Shown here one piece after another: positions 25,424-35,519 of a DNA stretch of 64,000 nt. The position numbers and the translations under genes were made by a program. Source of the DNA: Cognaticolwellia sp. (lineage in GTDB: Bacteria > Pseudomonadota > Gammaproteobacteria > Enterobacterales > Alteromonadaceae); NCBI GenBank assembly GCA_049614565.1, contig JBMZDW010000001.1:97249-161248 (forward strand). The letters are read 5' to 3'. The notes beneath the pieces are model-generated. The model worked only from the letters and a program-made list of their open reading frames with translations, had not been told where the DNA came from and did not search any database. Within the stretch, counting starts at the first letter, position 1; every line of letters begins with the position of its first letter.

Positions 25424-28400
25424 TTATTTCACTGGGTCACAGTGTAAACTTAACAACATCAGCTCTCGCAATGCCACCGAGAACTTGGCAAACTCGTGGG
25501 TTTGACCAATTCTAAAGTCAGCAAGAATATGTTGCCAGCGTTCAAGCGGTTGCGAACTTTCTTCAAACCACTTTGCTAACATAGCGTCGACATCACTAGA
25601 GCCTTTATTACCACGTAAAATAACTTCGGTTAATGAACGTTGTTGCCAATCAAGCTCTTCTCTAAATGACGCTCTGGCTAGAGCTTGCCAATGGTTTGAA
25701 ACAGGTTGCGATGTAATTTGATCTAGGAACCAGTGTAACTCTAATTTTGCCCCCAACTTAAAGTAAAGATCAGCGGCTAACTCAATAGTACAATCATCTG
25801 TTTTCGAAATTTCCGCTAAATCCATCACTGAAAATAAAGTACTCAGTAATGAAATTCTAAGTGCTAATGACTCAGGCGCACCGGCTTTAATTAAATCGCT
25901 TTCAACACGTTTAATTTGTGCGGCTTCTTCTTCAACCATATAACTGGTGATATTGCTTGAAAGTTGAGCAAATCGCGCATGATAGAACTCAATCGACTGA
26001 GCAATGTTTAACGCTTTATTACGGTGACGTAGGAACCAACGCGTAGCGCGACGTACCGTTCTACGTAGCTGGAATAGCATTTCAGTTTGAATTGACGTTG
26101 AAATTTTATTATCTAAAGCACTAATTTGTTTTGAAATGTCTGACAATTCAAATACCGCGCTCGACATTGCATAGCAGTTTGCTATTTCTGATGTCGTTGC
26201 GCCGGTTTCTTCTCGCATACGATTAACAAAATTAAAGCCCATATCATTGCCGATATTATTGGCCAATTTCGTGGCAATAATTTCTGCTCGCAGTGGGTGA
26301 TCTTGCATTTCTGCGCTGTAATTATCTTGTAACTGCTGCGGAAATGCTTCAATCAATAAACTTTGATGATAGTCATTGTCAGTAATTTCAGCACAAACCA
26401 ACTCTTCTTTTAACACCATTTTACTGTAGGCAAGTAATACCGACAGCTCTGGGCGTGTAAGCCCTTTACCTAAGGCTAAGCGCTCAGCAATTTCTTCATC
26501 ACTTGGAATAAATTCAAGCCCTCGGTCTAACTTACCTGAACGTTCTAACTCATGAATAAACCTTGCTTGCTCTTTCAACTGGCTACCACCACGCAATTCG
26601 GTAATAGACAGTGAGTGAGTTTGACGATAACAGTCTTCAATAACAATATCGCCGACTTCATCGGTCATATCGTAAAGAATTTTATTACGCTGCTTAACGG
26701 TTAAATCACCGCTGCGAACCAAGCCGTTTAACAAAATTTTGATATTAACTTCGTTATCTGAGCAATCAACACCACCGGCATTGTCAACGGCGTCGGTATT
26801 AATGCGGCCACCATTAGCAGCGAACTCGATACGTCCAAGTTGTGTTAAGCCTAAGTTACCCCCTTCGCCAACAACTTTTGCCCGTAACTCGCCACCATTA
26901 ATGCGCAAGGCATCGTTGGCACGGTCGCCGACTTCTAAGTGTGACTCTTTAGCGCCTTTAACATAAGTGCCGATACCGCCGTTCCATAACAAATCGACCT
27001 TCATTTTCAGCAAGGCTTGGATCAAGTCATTTGGCGCCATGCTTTGTTTTTGCGTGCCGATCATTTTTTTAATTTGTGGCGTTAACTTAATGGCTTTGGC
27101 ATGACGACTAAAAATAGCGCCACCTTCCGAGATTAGCTCTTTATTGTAATCTTCCCACGTGCAGCCGGGTAAATTAAACAAGCGCTCGCGCTCAGGGTAT
27201 GAGGTAGCAGCATCTGGCGTTGGGTCAATAAAAATATGCATATGGTTAAAGGCGGCTTGTAAGCGAATATGCTTAGATAGCAACATACCATTACCAAAAA
27301 CATCCCCCGCCATATCGCCAATAGCAATACAGGTAAAATCAGTAGATTGACAATCAATATCCATTTCACGGAAATGACGTTTTACCGACTCCCAAGCGCC
27401 TTTTGCGGTAATACCCATAGCTTTATGGTCATAACCAACACTACCACCTGAGGCAAACGCGTCACCCATCCAGAAGTTATATTCTTCAGAAATGGCATTG
27501 GCAACATCAGAAAATGTTGCGGTACCTTTATCGGCGGCCACTACGAGGTATGAGTCATCTTCATCATGACGTACCACGTTTTCTGGCGGCACAATTTCAC
27601 CTGCAACAATGTTGTCGGTAATATCTAACAAACCGCGAATAAAGGTGCGGTAACATTCCTTACCTGCTTCAAAAATTTCATTGCGATTACCATTAGGCAA
27701 TTGTTTACAAACAAAGCCCCCTTTTGCACCTACGGGCACAATTACGGTATTTTTCACTTGTTGTGCTTTTACTAAGCCTAAAACTTCGGTGCGGAAATCT
27801 TCACGACGGTCAGACCAACGTAAACCACCACGAGCGACTTTACCGCCGCGTAAATGCACACCCTCTACCTGTGGTGAGTAGACAAAAATTTCATACTTAG
27901 GCAATGGCAAAGGTACGTCGGTAATTTGCTCTGGCAAAATTTTAAATGAAATATAAGACTTTTCACCGGTTTCAGGGTGCGGCTGAAAGTAGTTGGTACG
28001 AATAGTGGCGTTGATCATTTCAACAAAGCGACGAATAATACGATCGTCATCTAAGTTCGCCACTTTATCTAACGAGGCTTCTAAGCTAGCCAAGGTTTTT
28101 TCAATGGCTTTTTCATTTAGCTTTTTCGCCGGCGAGAAGCGTAAATTAAATAATTTAATTAATAACTCGGCAATACTTGGGTAACGGGCAAAGGTATCTT
28201 CAATATAGTTTTGACTAAAAGTACCGCCGATTTGGCGTTCATACTTAGCATATGCACGAATAATAGAAACTTCACGCCCACCAAGCTCAGCACCTAAAAT
28301 TAAACGGTTAAAGCCGTCATCTTCTAATTGCCCTGACCATACTTTAGCAAAAGCGTCTTGGAATAAACTTTGAACCGCTTCCAAATTAAACTTGCCAGTA

Positions 28401-30268
28401 CCGGTTAACAGCATTGAAAAGTCTAAAATCCAGTACACTTCACCGCTTGCAGTTCTCACTGCGTAAGGACTTTCGCCGATAACACGTAAACCAAAGTTTT
28501 CCAGCATCGGCAGTACGTCAGATAAATGTAGCGGCTCGCCGGAATGAAACAGCTTTAATTTTACAAAGCGGCTATTGCCCTCTTCTTCTTGTGGTTGATA
28601 AAACAACATTTCGAGTTGATTATCTGCCGACAGCGCTTCAAATTTTTCAATATCAACAATCGCGGTACCAGGCAATACTTCGTCTTTATACGCTTGTGGA
28701 AAGCTGGTGTATTTACGGCTTAGGGCTTTACCTTTTGCTTCACCTTTATGGGAGTTTAACGAGGCCGCTAAATTATCATCCCAACTGCGAGCGGCATGAT
28801 TTAAATTCTTTTCGATTTCTTTCACATTAATGTCTGCTTTGGTCGAATTAACTCTAACGATATAGTGGGTACGCGCTTGTGCTGATTCAGAAAAGTAAGT
28901 GGTAAACTCGACTTCCTCTGTACTGCCAAGGGCTTCTTGTAATAGTTTTTGCGTGTTAATGCGCAATGCGGTGTTATAACGTTCACGCGGTACATACACC
29001 ATGCACGAATAAAAGCGGTCAAAGGCATCACGGCGCATAAACAAACCGGAATAATCACGCTCTTGCATTTGAAAAATACCCATAACATTTTGCAAAAGCT
29101 CAGCCGGTGAACTTTGTAAAATTTCATCTCTTGGGTAGGTTTCAAGAATATTAATTAGCGCTTTATAGGCATGGCTGCCTTTGGCAAAACCAGAGTCGTT
29201 ACACACCCCCATAACTTTAGATTTGATCAAAGGTAAATCTAAGGCACTATTGGTATAATACGCTGAGCCGAATAAGCCAACAAAGCGCTCTTCGCCAACG
29301 ACATTACCTTTAGCATCAAAGCGTTTAACGCCAATATAATCAAGACGTGCAGGACGATGTACGCGTGATTTAGCATTGGTTTTTGTTAAGATCAGTAGGT
29401 TATCACCTAAGGCAATTTCTCGTGCTGATTCAGTTAGGCTCGACATCAAGCGTTCTTTAGTGCCGTCATACTGATTCATTAAGCCTAAACTTGACTTAAG
29501 ATTGGCTGACAGGGAAATATCACCTTTGACGGTTTTAACGTCATATGAGCGATAGCCTAATAGGGTAAAGTTATCGGCAAGCACCCACTCTAAAAAGTTA
29601 ACACTGTCACTGTGCTCTGCTTTTGAACACGGTAAACCTTTCGCCTTTTTAACGTCATTAATCACGCTACGTAAGCGTGCTTGCATCGGTTGCCAGTCAT
29701 TCACGGTGACGGCGATATCACTCACCACAGAGTGAAGCTCTTTTGCGATATTTTCCAATACGCCGGCGTCATTTTGGCGGTCAATTTCAACAAAAACTAC
29801 CGTTTCAACCGAGGTTGCTTTAAACGACTGGTCAACTGACGAACCAAGTTGAGTAATGTTTTTTTTCTTGTCACGAATAATTTTGATCGGTGAGTTCAAC
29901 ATTAAGTGTGGCGTAAGGTTTAATCGACTTAAGGCAATACGCACCGAATCAATTAAAAATGGCATATCGCGGACAATAATTTCGATAATGGTATGGCTTG
30001 ATTTCCAGCCATTTTTTGACACCTGTGGATTAAACACTTTAATCACAGGCTTATTGTCTTGATGATCGTTTAACGTATTCCAAAGACTCAGCGTCGCACC
30101 ATACATGTCACTGTCATTTCTATGCTCTAAATCTAAGGTTGAAATATTGTTATAAAGCAACTCAGCAAATTGATTAACTAAGGGAGCCGTTGCTGCTGGA
30201 ACTTTTTGTTGTATTAACTGTGCTACGTTCGAAAGTATCACTGAAGGTAAACCGTCTACTAACGCCAT
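25424..30268 (-). CDS. gdhB: Large NAD-specific glutamate dehydrogenase
   Basis: 1614 aa; RGGLRWSDR, KNTVIVPVGAKGGF, VVAADKGTATFSD, GDMAGDVFGNG. Confidence 0.95.
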   Translation of the reverse strand: MALVDGLPSVILSNVAQLIQQKVPAATAPLVNQFAELLYNNISTLDLEHRNDSDMYGATLSLWNTLNDHQDNKPVIKVFNPQVSKNGWKSSHTIIEIIVRDMPFLIDSVRIALSRLNLTPHLMLNSPIKIIRDKKKNITQLGSSVDQSFKATSVETVVFVEIDRQNDAGVLENIAKELHSVVSDIAVTVNDWQPMQARLRSVINDVKKAKGLPCSKAEHSDSVNFLEWVLADNFTLLGYRSYDVKTVKGDISLSANLKSSLGLMNQYDGTKERLMSSLTESAREIALGDNLLILTKTNAKSRVHRPARLDYIGVKRFDAKGNVVGEERFVGLFGSAYYTNSALDLPLIKSKVMGVCNDSGFAKGSHAYKALINILETYPRDEILQSSPAELLQNVMGIFQMQERDYSGLFMRRDAFDRFYSCMVYVPRERYNTALRINTQKLLQEALGSTEEVEFTTYFSESAQARTHYIVRVNSTKADINVKEIEKNLNHAARSWDDNLAASLNSHKGEAKGKALSRKYTSFPQAYKDEVLPGTAIVDIEKFEALSADNQLEMLFYQPQEEEGNSRFVKLKLFHSGEPLHLSDVLPMLENFGLRVIGESPYAVRTASGEVYWILDFSMLLTGTGKFNLEAVQSLFQDAFAKVWSGQLEDDGFNRLILGAELGGREVSIIRAYAKYERQIGGTFSQNYIEDTFARYPSIAELLIKLFNLRFSPAKKLNEKAIEKTLASLEASLDKVANLDDDRIIRRFVEMINATIRTNYFQPHPETGEKSYISFKILPEQITDVPLPLPKYEIFVYSPQVEGVHLRGGKVARGGLRWSDRREDFRTEVLGLVKAQQVKNTVIVPVGAKGGFVCKQLPNGNRNEIFEAGKECYRTFIRGLLDITDNIVAGEIVPPENVVRHDEDDSYLVVAADKGTATFSDVANAISEEYNFWMGDAFASGGSVGYDHKAMGITAKGAWESVKRHFREMDIDCQSTDFTCIAIGDMAGDVFGNGMLLSKHIRLQAAFNHMHIFIDPTPDAATSYPERERLFNLPGCTWEDYNKELISEGGAIFSRHAKAIKLTPQIKKMIGTQKQSMAPNDLIQALLKMKVDLLWNGGIGTYVKGAKESHLEVGDRANDALRINGGELRAKVVGEGGNLGLTQLGRIEFAANGGRINTDAVDNAGGVDCSDNEVNIKILLNGLVRSGDLTVKQRNKILYDMTDEVGDIVIEDCYRQTHSLSITELRGGSQLKEQARFIHELERSGKLDRGLEFIPSDEEIAERLALGKGLTRPELSVLLAYSKMVLKEELVCAEITDNDYHQSLLIEAFPQQLQDNYSAEMQDHPLRAEIIATKLANNIGNDMGFNFVNRMREETGATTSEIANCYAMSSAVFELSDISKQISALDNKISTSIQTEMLFQLRRTVRRATRWFLRHRNKALNIAQSIEFYHARFAQLSSNITSYMVEEEAAQIKRVESDLIKAGAPESLALRISLLSTLFSVMDLAEISKTDDCTIELAADLYFKLGAKLELHWFLDQITSQPVSNHWQALARASFREELDWQQRSLTEVILRGNKGSSDVDAMLAKWFEESSQPLERWQHILADFRIGQTHEFAKFSVALRELMLLSLHCDPVK

Positions 30269-30527
30269 GCCTTTTTCCTTTTTGGATAAAACGCTTGAAA
30301 TAATTGCTATCTTTTTAGTCTTTTAATGAGGATAGACTACAGGGGCGATTTTATTAATAAACTTAAGCGATTGCGAGCAATATTTTAGATATATTACTTT
30401 AAAAACTGTGCTTTATATCACCAGCGCTGTTTCAATTAATTGTTTATTCATTAGTTATAAATAGAAAATGACCTTTCGGTCATTTTCTTGTTTATTTATG
30501 CAGTATTATTTTTAATAACCTAATGTT

Positions 30528-32873
30528 TTATTTTCGCTGTGGCCATAGGAAAGCAGCTATAGCTGGTAATACCAGTACCGCCGCAATCATATTCACTAAA
30601 AACATAAAGGTTAATAATATGCCCATATCTACTTGGAATTTCAAATCAGAGAAGAACCATGTTGATACACCAATAGCTAAGGTAACTCCGGTAATAAGTA
30701 CCGCACTACCACGCTCTTTTAAGGCTTCAAAATAAGCATTTTGTACCGTTGCACCTTCGCGCAGTTTCACGGTCATAGTAGAGAGGATATAAATACCATA
30801 ATCAACACCAATACCGACACCTAACGCGATAACCGGCAAGGTTGATACGGTTAAGCCAATATTCAGCTCAGTCATCAGCCATTGCGCTAACGTTGACACC
30901 ACATAAAGTGGCACAACAACAGAAATAGTGGCTCTTAAACTTCTAAAGCTTAATAAACATAAAATGATCACTGCACCGTAAACGTATAACATCATTGGGG
31001 TTTGCGCCGCTTCTACCGCTTCATTGGTCGCTGCCATTACGCCAACGGGGCCAGAAGCAAGCTTAAACGACAAACTGTCATTACCTAACTCTGTAGCAGC
31101 ACGTTTTGTCGCATCAACCACACGATTAATCGTTTCGGCTTTGTGATCTTCTAAAAACAAAATCACCGGCATAACACTACAGTCACTATTGAGTAAACCG
31201 CTTGATGATGGTACTCGGGCAATAGACTGTACTAAGGTTTGTTGGTTGCGTGATAACACGCGCCATTTCGGATTACCTTCGTTATAACCTGAGTTTACGA
31301 TTTTCGCGATTGAGGCAAGGCTTACCGCAGATTGCACCCCTTCAATGTTTTCCATGCGCCATTGAAATCTATCAATAGTCTCCATGTGTTCATAGTAGGT
31401 ACAGGCGTCAGCCGTGGTTTCAATAATCACTGACATATAGTCAACACTAATGGCGTATTTGTCGGTAATTAAAAACGTATCTTGGTTATAGCGTGACGTT
31501 TCATGTAATGACGGCGCACCTGCGTGTAACTCGCCTATTTTCATGTTCTGCGCTTCTTTGTAACCAACAGCAAACAATACTGCCGTAGCAATAAGAATAA
31601 CGATAGCAAATTTACGTGTAGCAAAAGCTGACATGTAGTGCCATACGGTCTTGTCTTCTGCTTTAGCATTATTTTTAAGGTATTGTTCTTCTTCTCGGGT
31701 GACATGCGCAGGCTTGTTTTTAGCAATATGAAGATAAGAGACTAATAAAGGTAGCAACACCAAGTTAGTCAAAATAATCATCGCCACACCTAATGATGCC
31801 GTAATCGCTAGTTCGCGAATAATACCGATATCAATTGACAACAAGGTCATAAAACCCACGGTATCTGACAACAAGGCAATACCACCTGGTACTAATAAAA
31901 TACGGAAACTCAGTTGTGCCGCTTCTTTACTGGTTTTACCATTATTAACCATTTTGGAAATGGAGTTAATCATTTGTACGCCATGACTGACACCAATGGC
32001 AAAGACTAAAAATGGCACCAATATCGACATAGGATCTAAGCCAAAGCCAAGTGTTGACAGCATACCTAACTGCCATACCACAGCAATTAAAGAACAGGTA
32101 ATGGGTAAAATAGTTAAGGAAATTGAGCGACAGAACCAGAATACCATTAAAGTGGTAATAGCAATGGCGATAGCAAAAAACGTTACAACGCCTTTAGCAC
32201 CTTGCGCTACATCGCCCACCATTTTGGTAAAACCAATAATATGGACTGAGATATTGTCTTTTTCGAACTTACCACGAATTTCATTTTCTAATTGTTCAGC
32301 CAGTACGATACTGTCAAGTTTTTCACCGGTATTGGGATCGATTTCCATTAGTGAGGTTTTTACCATAGAACAGCTATAATCATCAGCCACTATGCTACCC
32401 ACGATACCTGCTTTTTCGATGTTTCCTTTTACTATCGCTAAACCTGCAGCATCGGGTTGAAAGTTTGCTGGAATAACTGGGCCACCGGCAAAACCGTCTT
32501 CTACAATTTCCACAAAGCGCGTACTTGGTGAAAATAAAGATTTTACTTGAATGCGATCAACGCCCGGAATAAAAAACAATTGATCATGCACACCTTTTAA
32601 GGTGGTGAAAAATTCAGGGTTAAATATATCGCCGCTGCTATCACAAACTGAAATAAGCACGTTATTAGCGCCGCCAAAATTCGCCCTATGCTTGAGATAG
32701 GTTTTCATATAACTATGATTAAGCGGAATATGTTTGGTAAAGGCCGAGTCGAGCTTAATTTGTGTTGCTTGAAACAGCAAAAAAATGCTGGTCAGCATAA
32801 AAAAGATTAAAACGAGCAAACGACGACGAAAAAGTGCTGCTTCTACAGCATTAATAATAGAATTAAATTTCAT
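30528..32873 (-). CDS. MMPL/RND-superfamily transporter
   Basis: Two repeats of TM bundles with periplasmic loops, GIGVDYGI motif. Confidence 0.88.
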   Translation of the reverse strand: MKFNSIINAVEAALFRRRLLVLIFFMLTSIFLLFQATQIKLDSAFTKHIPLNHSYMKTYLKHRANFGGANNVLISVCDSSGDIFNPEFFTTLKGVHDQLFFIPGVDRIQVKSLFSPSTRFVEIVEDGFAGGPVIPANFQPDAAGLAIVKGNIEKAGIVGSIVADDYSCSMVKTSLMEIDPNTGEKLDSIVLAEQLENEIRGKFEKDNISVHIIGFTKMVGDVAQGAKGVVTFFAIAIAITTLMVFWFCRSISLTILPITCSLIAVVWQLGMLSTLGFGLDPMSILVPFLVFAIGVSHGVQMINSISKMVNNGKTSKEAAQLSFRILLVPGGIALLSDTVGFMTLLSIDIGIIRELAITASLGVAMIILTNLVLLPLLVSYLHIAKNKPAHVTREEEQYLKNNAKAEDKTVWHYMSAFATRKFAIVILIATAVLFAVGYKEAQNMKIGELHAGAPSLHETSRYNQDTFLITDKYAISVDYMSVIIETTADACTYYEHMETIDRFQWRMENIEGVQSAVSLASIAKIVNSGYNEGNPKWRVLSRNQQTLVQSIARVPSSSGLLNSDCSVMPVILFLEDHKAETINRVVDATKRAATELGNDSLSFKLASGPVGVMAATNEAVEAAQTPMMLYVYGAVIILCLLSFRSLRATISVVVPLYVVSTLAQWLMTELNIGLTVSTLPVIALGVGIGVDYGIYILSTMTVKLREGATVQNAYFEALKERGSAVLITGVTLAIGVSTWFFSDLKFQVDMGILLTFMFLVNMIAAVLVLPAIAAFLWPQRK

Positions 32874-32878
32874 GAGAG

Positions 32879-33880
32879 TTACTTCGTTACGTTAATGGTT
32901 TTGATGCCAACATCAGAGACGGCAATAATTTTATTTTTGTACCAAACACCAGCAACCAGTGCCTTACCATCTTTTTGCGGGTTATTAGTGAAAGTTAGAC
33001 CGTCATCACGGCTTTCTAACAGGACTCCGTTATTACCGAGTATAAATACCCGTTGGTCGTCGCTTAGTACTACGGCATTTAATAGTGCGGTAACTTGGCT
33101 ATCAACGGCTTGCCATGGCGTATCAATTTTTAACTGCCGAAATATATGACCACGTAAACCCACAGCCAATAAACTGCCTGCTTGTGTGCGGCTAACGTCG
33201 TAAAATGAGCCGGTGTATATTTCATCTAGCTTCTGCCAATTGGTACCAAAATCATTACTTTTCGCAAGTAAGCCAATTTCACCACCTAAGTATAATGTTC
33301 TACCATCGGCAAACACGCGATTAAAATGCGGTAAAATACTACTTTGCTCATCTAAATAAGCTTCTTCATCTTGCAGCTTTAGCTCTGCTAAGTATTCTTG
33401 ATCTTCTGGATAAAGGAATTCGTTATGGTATTCAATGCTCCAGTGTTTGCCACCGTCATTCGTACGATAAAACAAACCATAGGCGCCAACGGCAACACCA
33501 TTGTTTTCGTCATCGAAAAGTACGTCTAATAACGGTTTCTCTACTTGCGGTAAGTATTGCTGTACCTGCCAGGTCACACCACCATCTTTTGAGTTGAGAA
33601 TAGTAGCATCATGGCCCACTGCCCATCCGTTCACAGGGTCAACAAAGTAAACCGCGGTTAATGTTACTTGCACCGGCACTTGTGCCTGCTGCCAGTTTTC
33701 ACCGTCAGTTGAATATAAAATATGACCACGCTCACCAACCGCCACTAATTTAGATTGATCGATTTCAATAATATCGAGCAATAGCGATTCACTCGCTAAT
33801 GGAGCTAGTCTAGAGTCTAATGGTTGCGCGTTGACCATAGTGATAGTAAAAAAACTGAGTAAAATAACGAGAAGACGCAT
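32879..33880 (-). CDS. YCF48-related beta-propeller (BNR repeat) protein
   Basis: Repeated S/T-x-DGG-x-x-W Asp-box motifs, AVGERG, signal peptide. Confidence 0.85.
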   Translation of the reverse strand: MRLLVILLSFFTITMVNAQPLDSRLAPLASESLLLDIIEIDQSKLVAVGERGHILYSTDGENWQQAQVPVQVTLTAVYFVDPVNGWAVGHDATILNSKDGGVTWQVQQYLPQVEKPLLDVLFDDENNGVAVGAYGLFYRTNDGGKHWSIEYHNEFLYPEDQEYLAELKLQDEEAYLDEQSSILPHFNRVFADGRTLYLGGEIGLLAKSNDFGTNWQKLDEIYTGSFYDVSRTQAGSLLAVGLRGHIFRQLKIDTPWQAVDSQVTALLNAVVLSDDQRVFILGNNGVLLESRDDGLTFTNNPQKDGKALVAGVWYKNKIIAVSDVGIKTINVTK

Positions 33881-34108
33881 AATTAACTATATTAGCTCCA
33901 TTTATTTGCACTTAAGAGGCACCATGCCCCAAATTTAGTAATATATACCATGAGTGGAATACAAGCTAACACTCACAATACGGTAAATATTTTGCCAGTT
34001 CGCTTAAACGGGTATAAAAAGCCGAGCAAAAAAATTCAATAAACACTTTATATATACCCCCATACAAAAACGGCTAGCACTTGCCAGCCGTTTGTTCAAA
34101 GCTTGTCT

Positions 34109-35497
34109 TTATCTTCGACCTTCGCGGCGTAACGCTGAAGAGGTAAAGTTAACATCTTTCAAGTTTGCAGAGAAGTCATACATTTTCGCTTCATTATCTA
34201 AGCCCATAGCAATGTAGCGACGAGACTGTAAGTCATGAAACACTTCTAGCGTTGACCACTGGGTTGGTACTTCATAGTAGTTAATACCATGAGCAACACC
34301 TACGCGATATAGCTCGTCACGGTTATCATAAATATCCGTCACTGCTACTTGCCAGCTATCTTCGTCAATATAGAACACTCGCTTCTTATAAGTATGACGC
34401 GTGTCAGACTTTAAGTTCGCTTCCACAACCCAAACACGGTGCTTTTCGTAACGCACTAGATCAGGGTTAATATGGCCTGGTTGCAAGATTTCATCGTACT
34501 TTACGTTGTCGCTATGTAAACGATAGTCGTTATAAGGGATCAACAATTCCTGCTTACCTTTAAGAGTCCAGGTATAGCGGTTTGGCGCACCGTTGAACAT
34601 ATCGAAATCATCGGTTGTTCTTAGGCCGTCAGACGCTGTACCTGGGGCATCATAAGCAACATTTGGCGCACGACGGACACGGCGTTGACCGGTATTGTAG
34701 GTCCAAGCTTGGCGAGGTGTTTTAACTTGGTCCATGGTTTCATGGACTAATAATGCTGTACCTGCTAAACGCGCTGGTTCAGTGACTTTTTGTTTAAATT
34801 TAAACAAAATATTGGTGCTTTCTAGCTCTTCACTTTTAACACCTTCAACACCGTATGGGATCAGTAACTGATCGTCAAAACCCATATAAGTGTAATCACC
34901 TGAAGCTGTAGGTGCCGCTTGGCCACCTTCACGGGTAATTTTTTCGCCACGATAACGCAAAATATGGTTCCAAATTGCTTCTAAACCATCTTTTGGCATT
35001 GGAAAAGGAATACCGATTGCCGCTTGTACAATACCATTACCTTCTTGAACCAATTCAGACTTAGTTGCATTTTCCAATGTCGCTTTATAAACATAATCAG
35101 GATACGACGCAGAACGGCGTGACTGATAAACACTCATTTTATAAGTATCAGGGTAAGTTTCAAATAGCTTAACTTGTCCCGGTGTTAATAGCGCTTTATA
35201 TTCCTCAAGGTTTTTCGAGGTAATGGTATAAAGTGCTTTGTCATCCGCAAACGGGTCAATATGGTGATCGCCAACGGTGTAACCCGCTGGTGCTGAGGTA
35301 ATACCGCCCGTCCACTCAGGGATAGAGCCGTCAGCGTTAGCAGCACGTACCGCACCAAATGGGGTTAACTCTTTTTCTAATTTAGCCGCGTCTTCAGTGC
35401 TAATTTTTGCTGTAGCCGCACTTGATGCTAATGCTACCGTCACCGCCACAGATACAAGCGTTGCTTTTTTAAAGGTATTTTTAAAAATATTTCTCAT
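34109..35497 (-). CDS. DUF1329 family periplasmic (LolA-like) protein
   Basis: LTPFGAVRAAN.DGSIPEW, GQRRVRRAP, DDFDMFNG motifs. Confidence 0.85.
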   Translation of the reverse strand: MRNIFKNTFKKATLVSVAVTVALASSAATAKISTEDAAKLEKELTPFGAVRAANADGSIPEWTGGITSAPAGYTVGDHHIDPFADDKALYTITSKNLEEYKALLTPGQVKLFETYPDTYKMSVYQSRRSASYPDYVYKATLENATKSELVQEGNGIVQAAIGIPFPMPKDGLEAIWNHILRYRGEKITREGGQAAPTASGDYTYMGFDDQLLIPYGVEGVKSEELESTNILFKFKQKVTEPARLAGTALLVHETMDQVKTPRQAWTYNTGQRRVRRAPNVAYDAPGTASDGLRTTDDFDMFNGAPNRYTWTLKGKQELLIPYNDYRLHSDNVKYDEILQPGHINPDLVRYEKHRVWVVEANLKSDTRHTYKKRVFYIDEDSWQVAVTDIYDNRDELYRVGVAHGINYYEVPTQWSTLEVFHDLQSRRYIAMGLDNEAKMYDFSANLKDVNFTSSALRREGRR

Positions 35498-35519
35498 GAC
35501 AACAATCCTTAAACTTGTC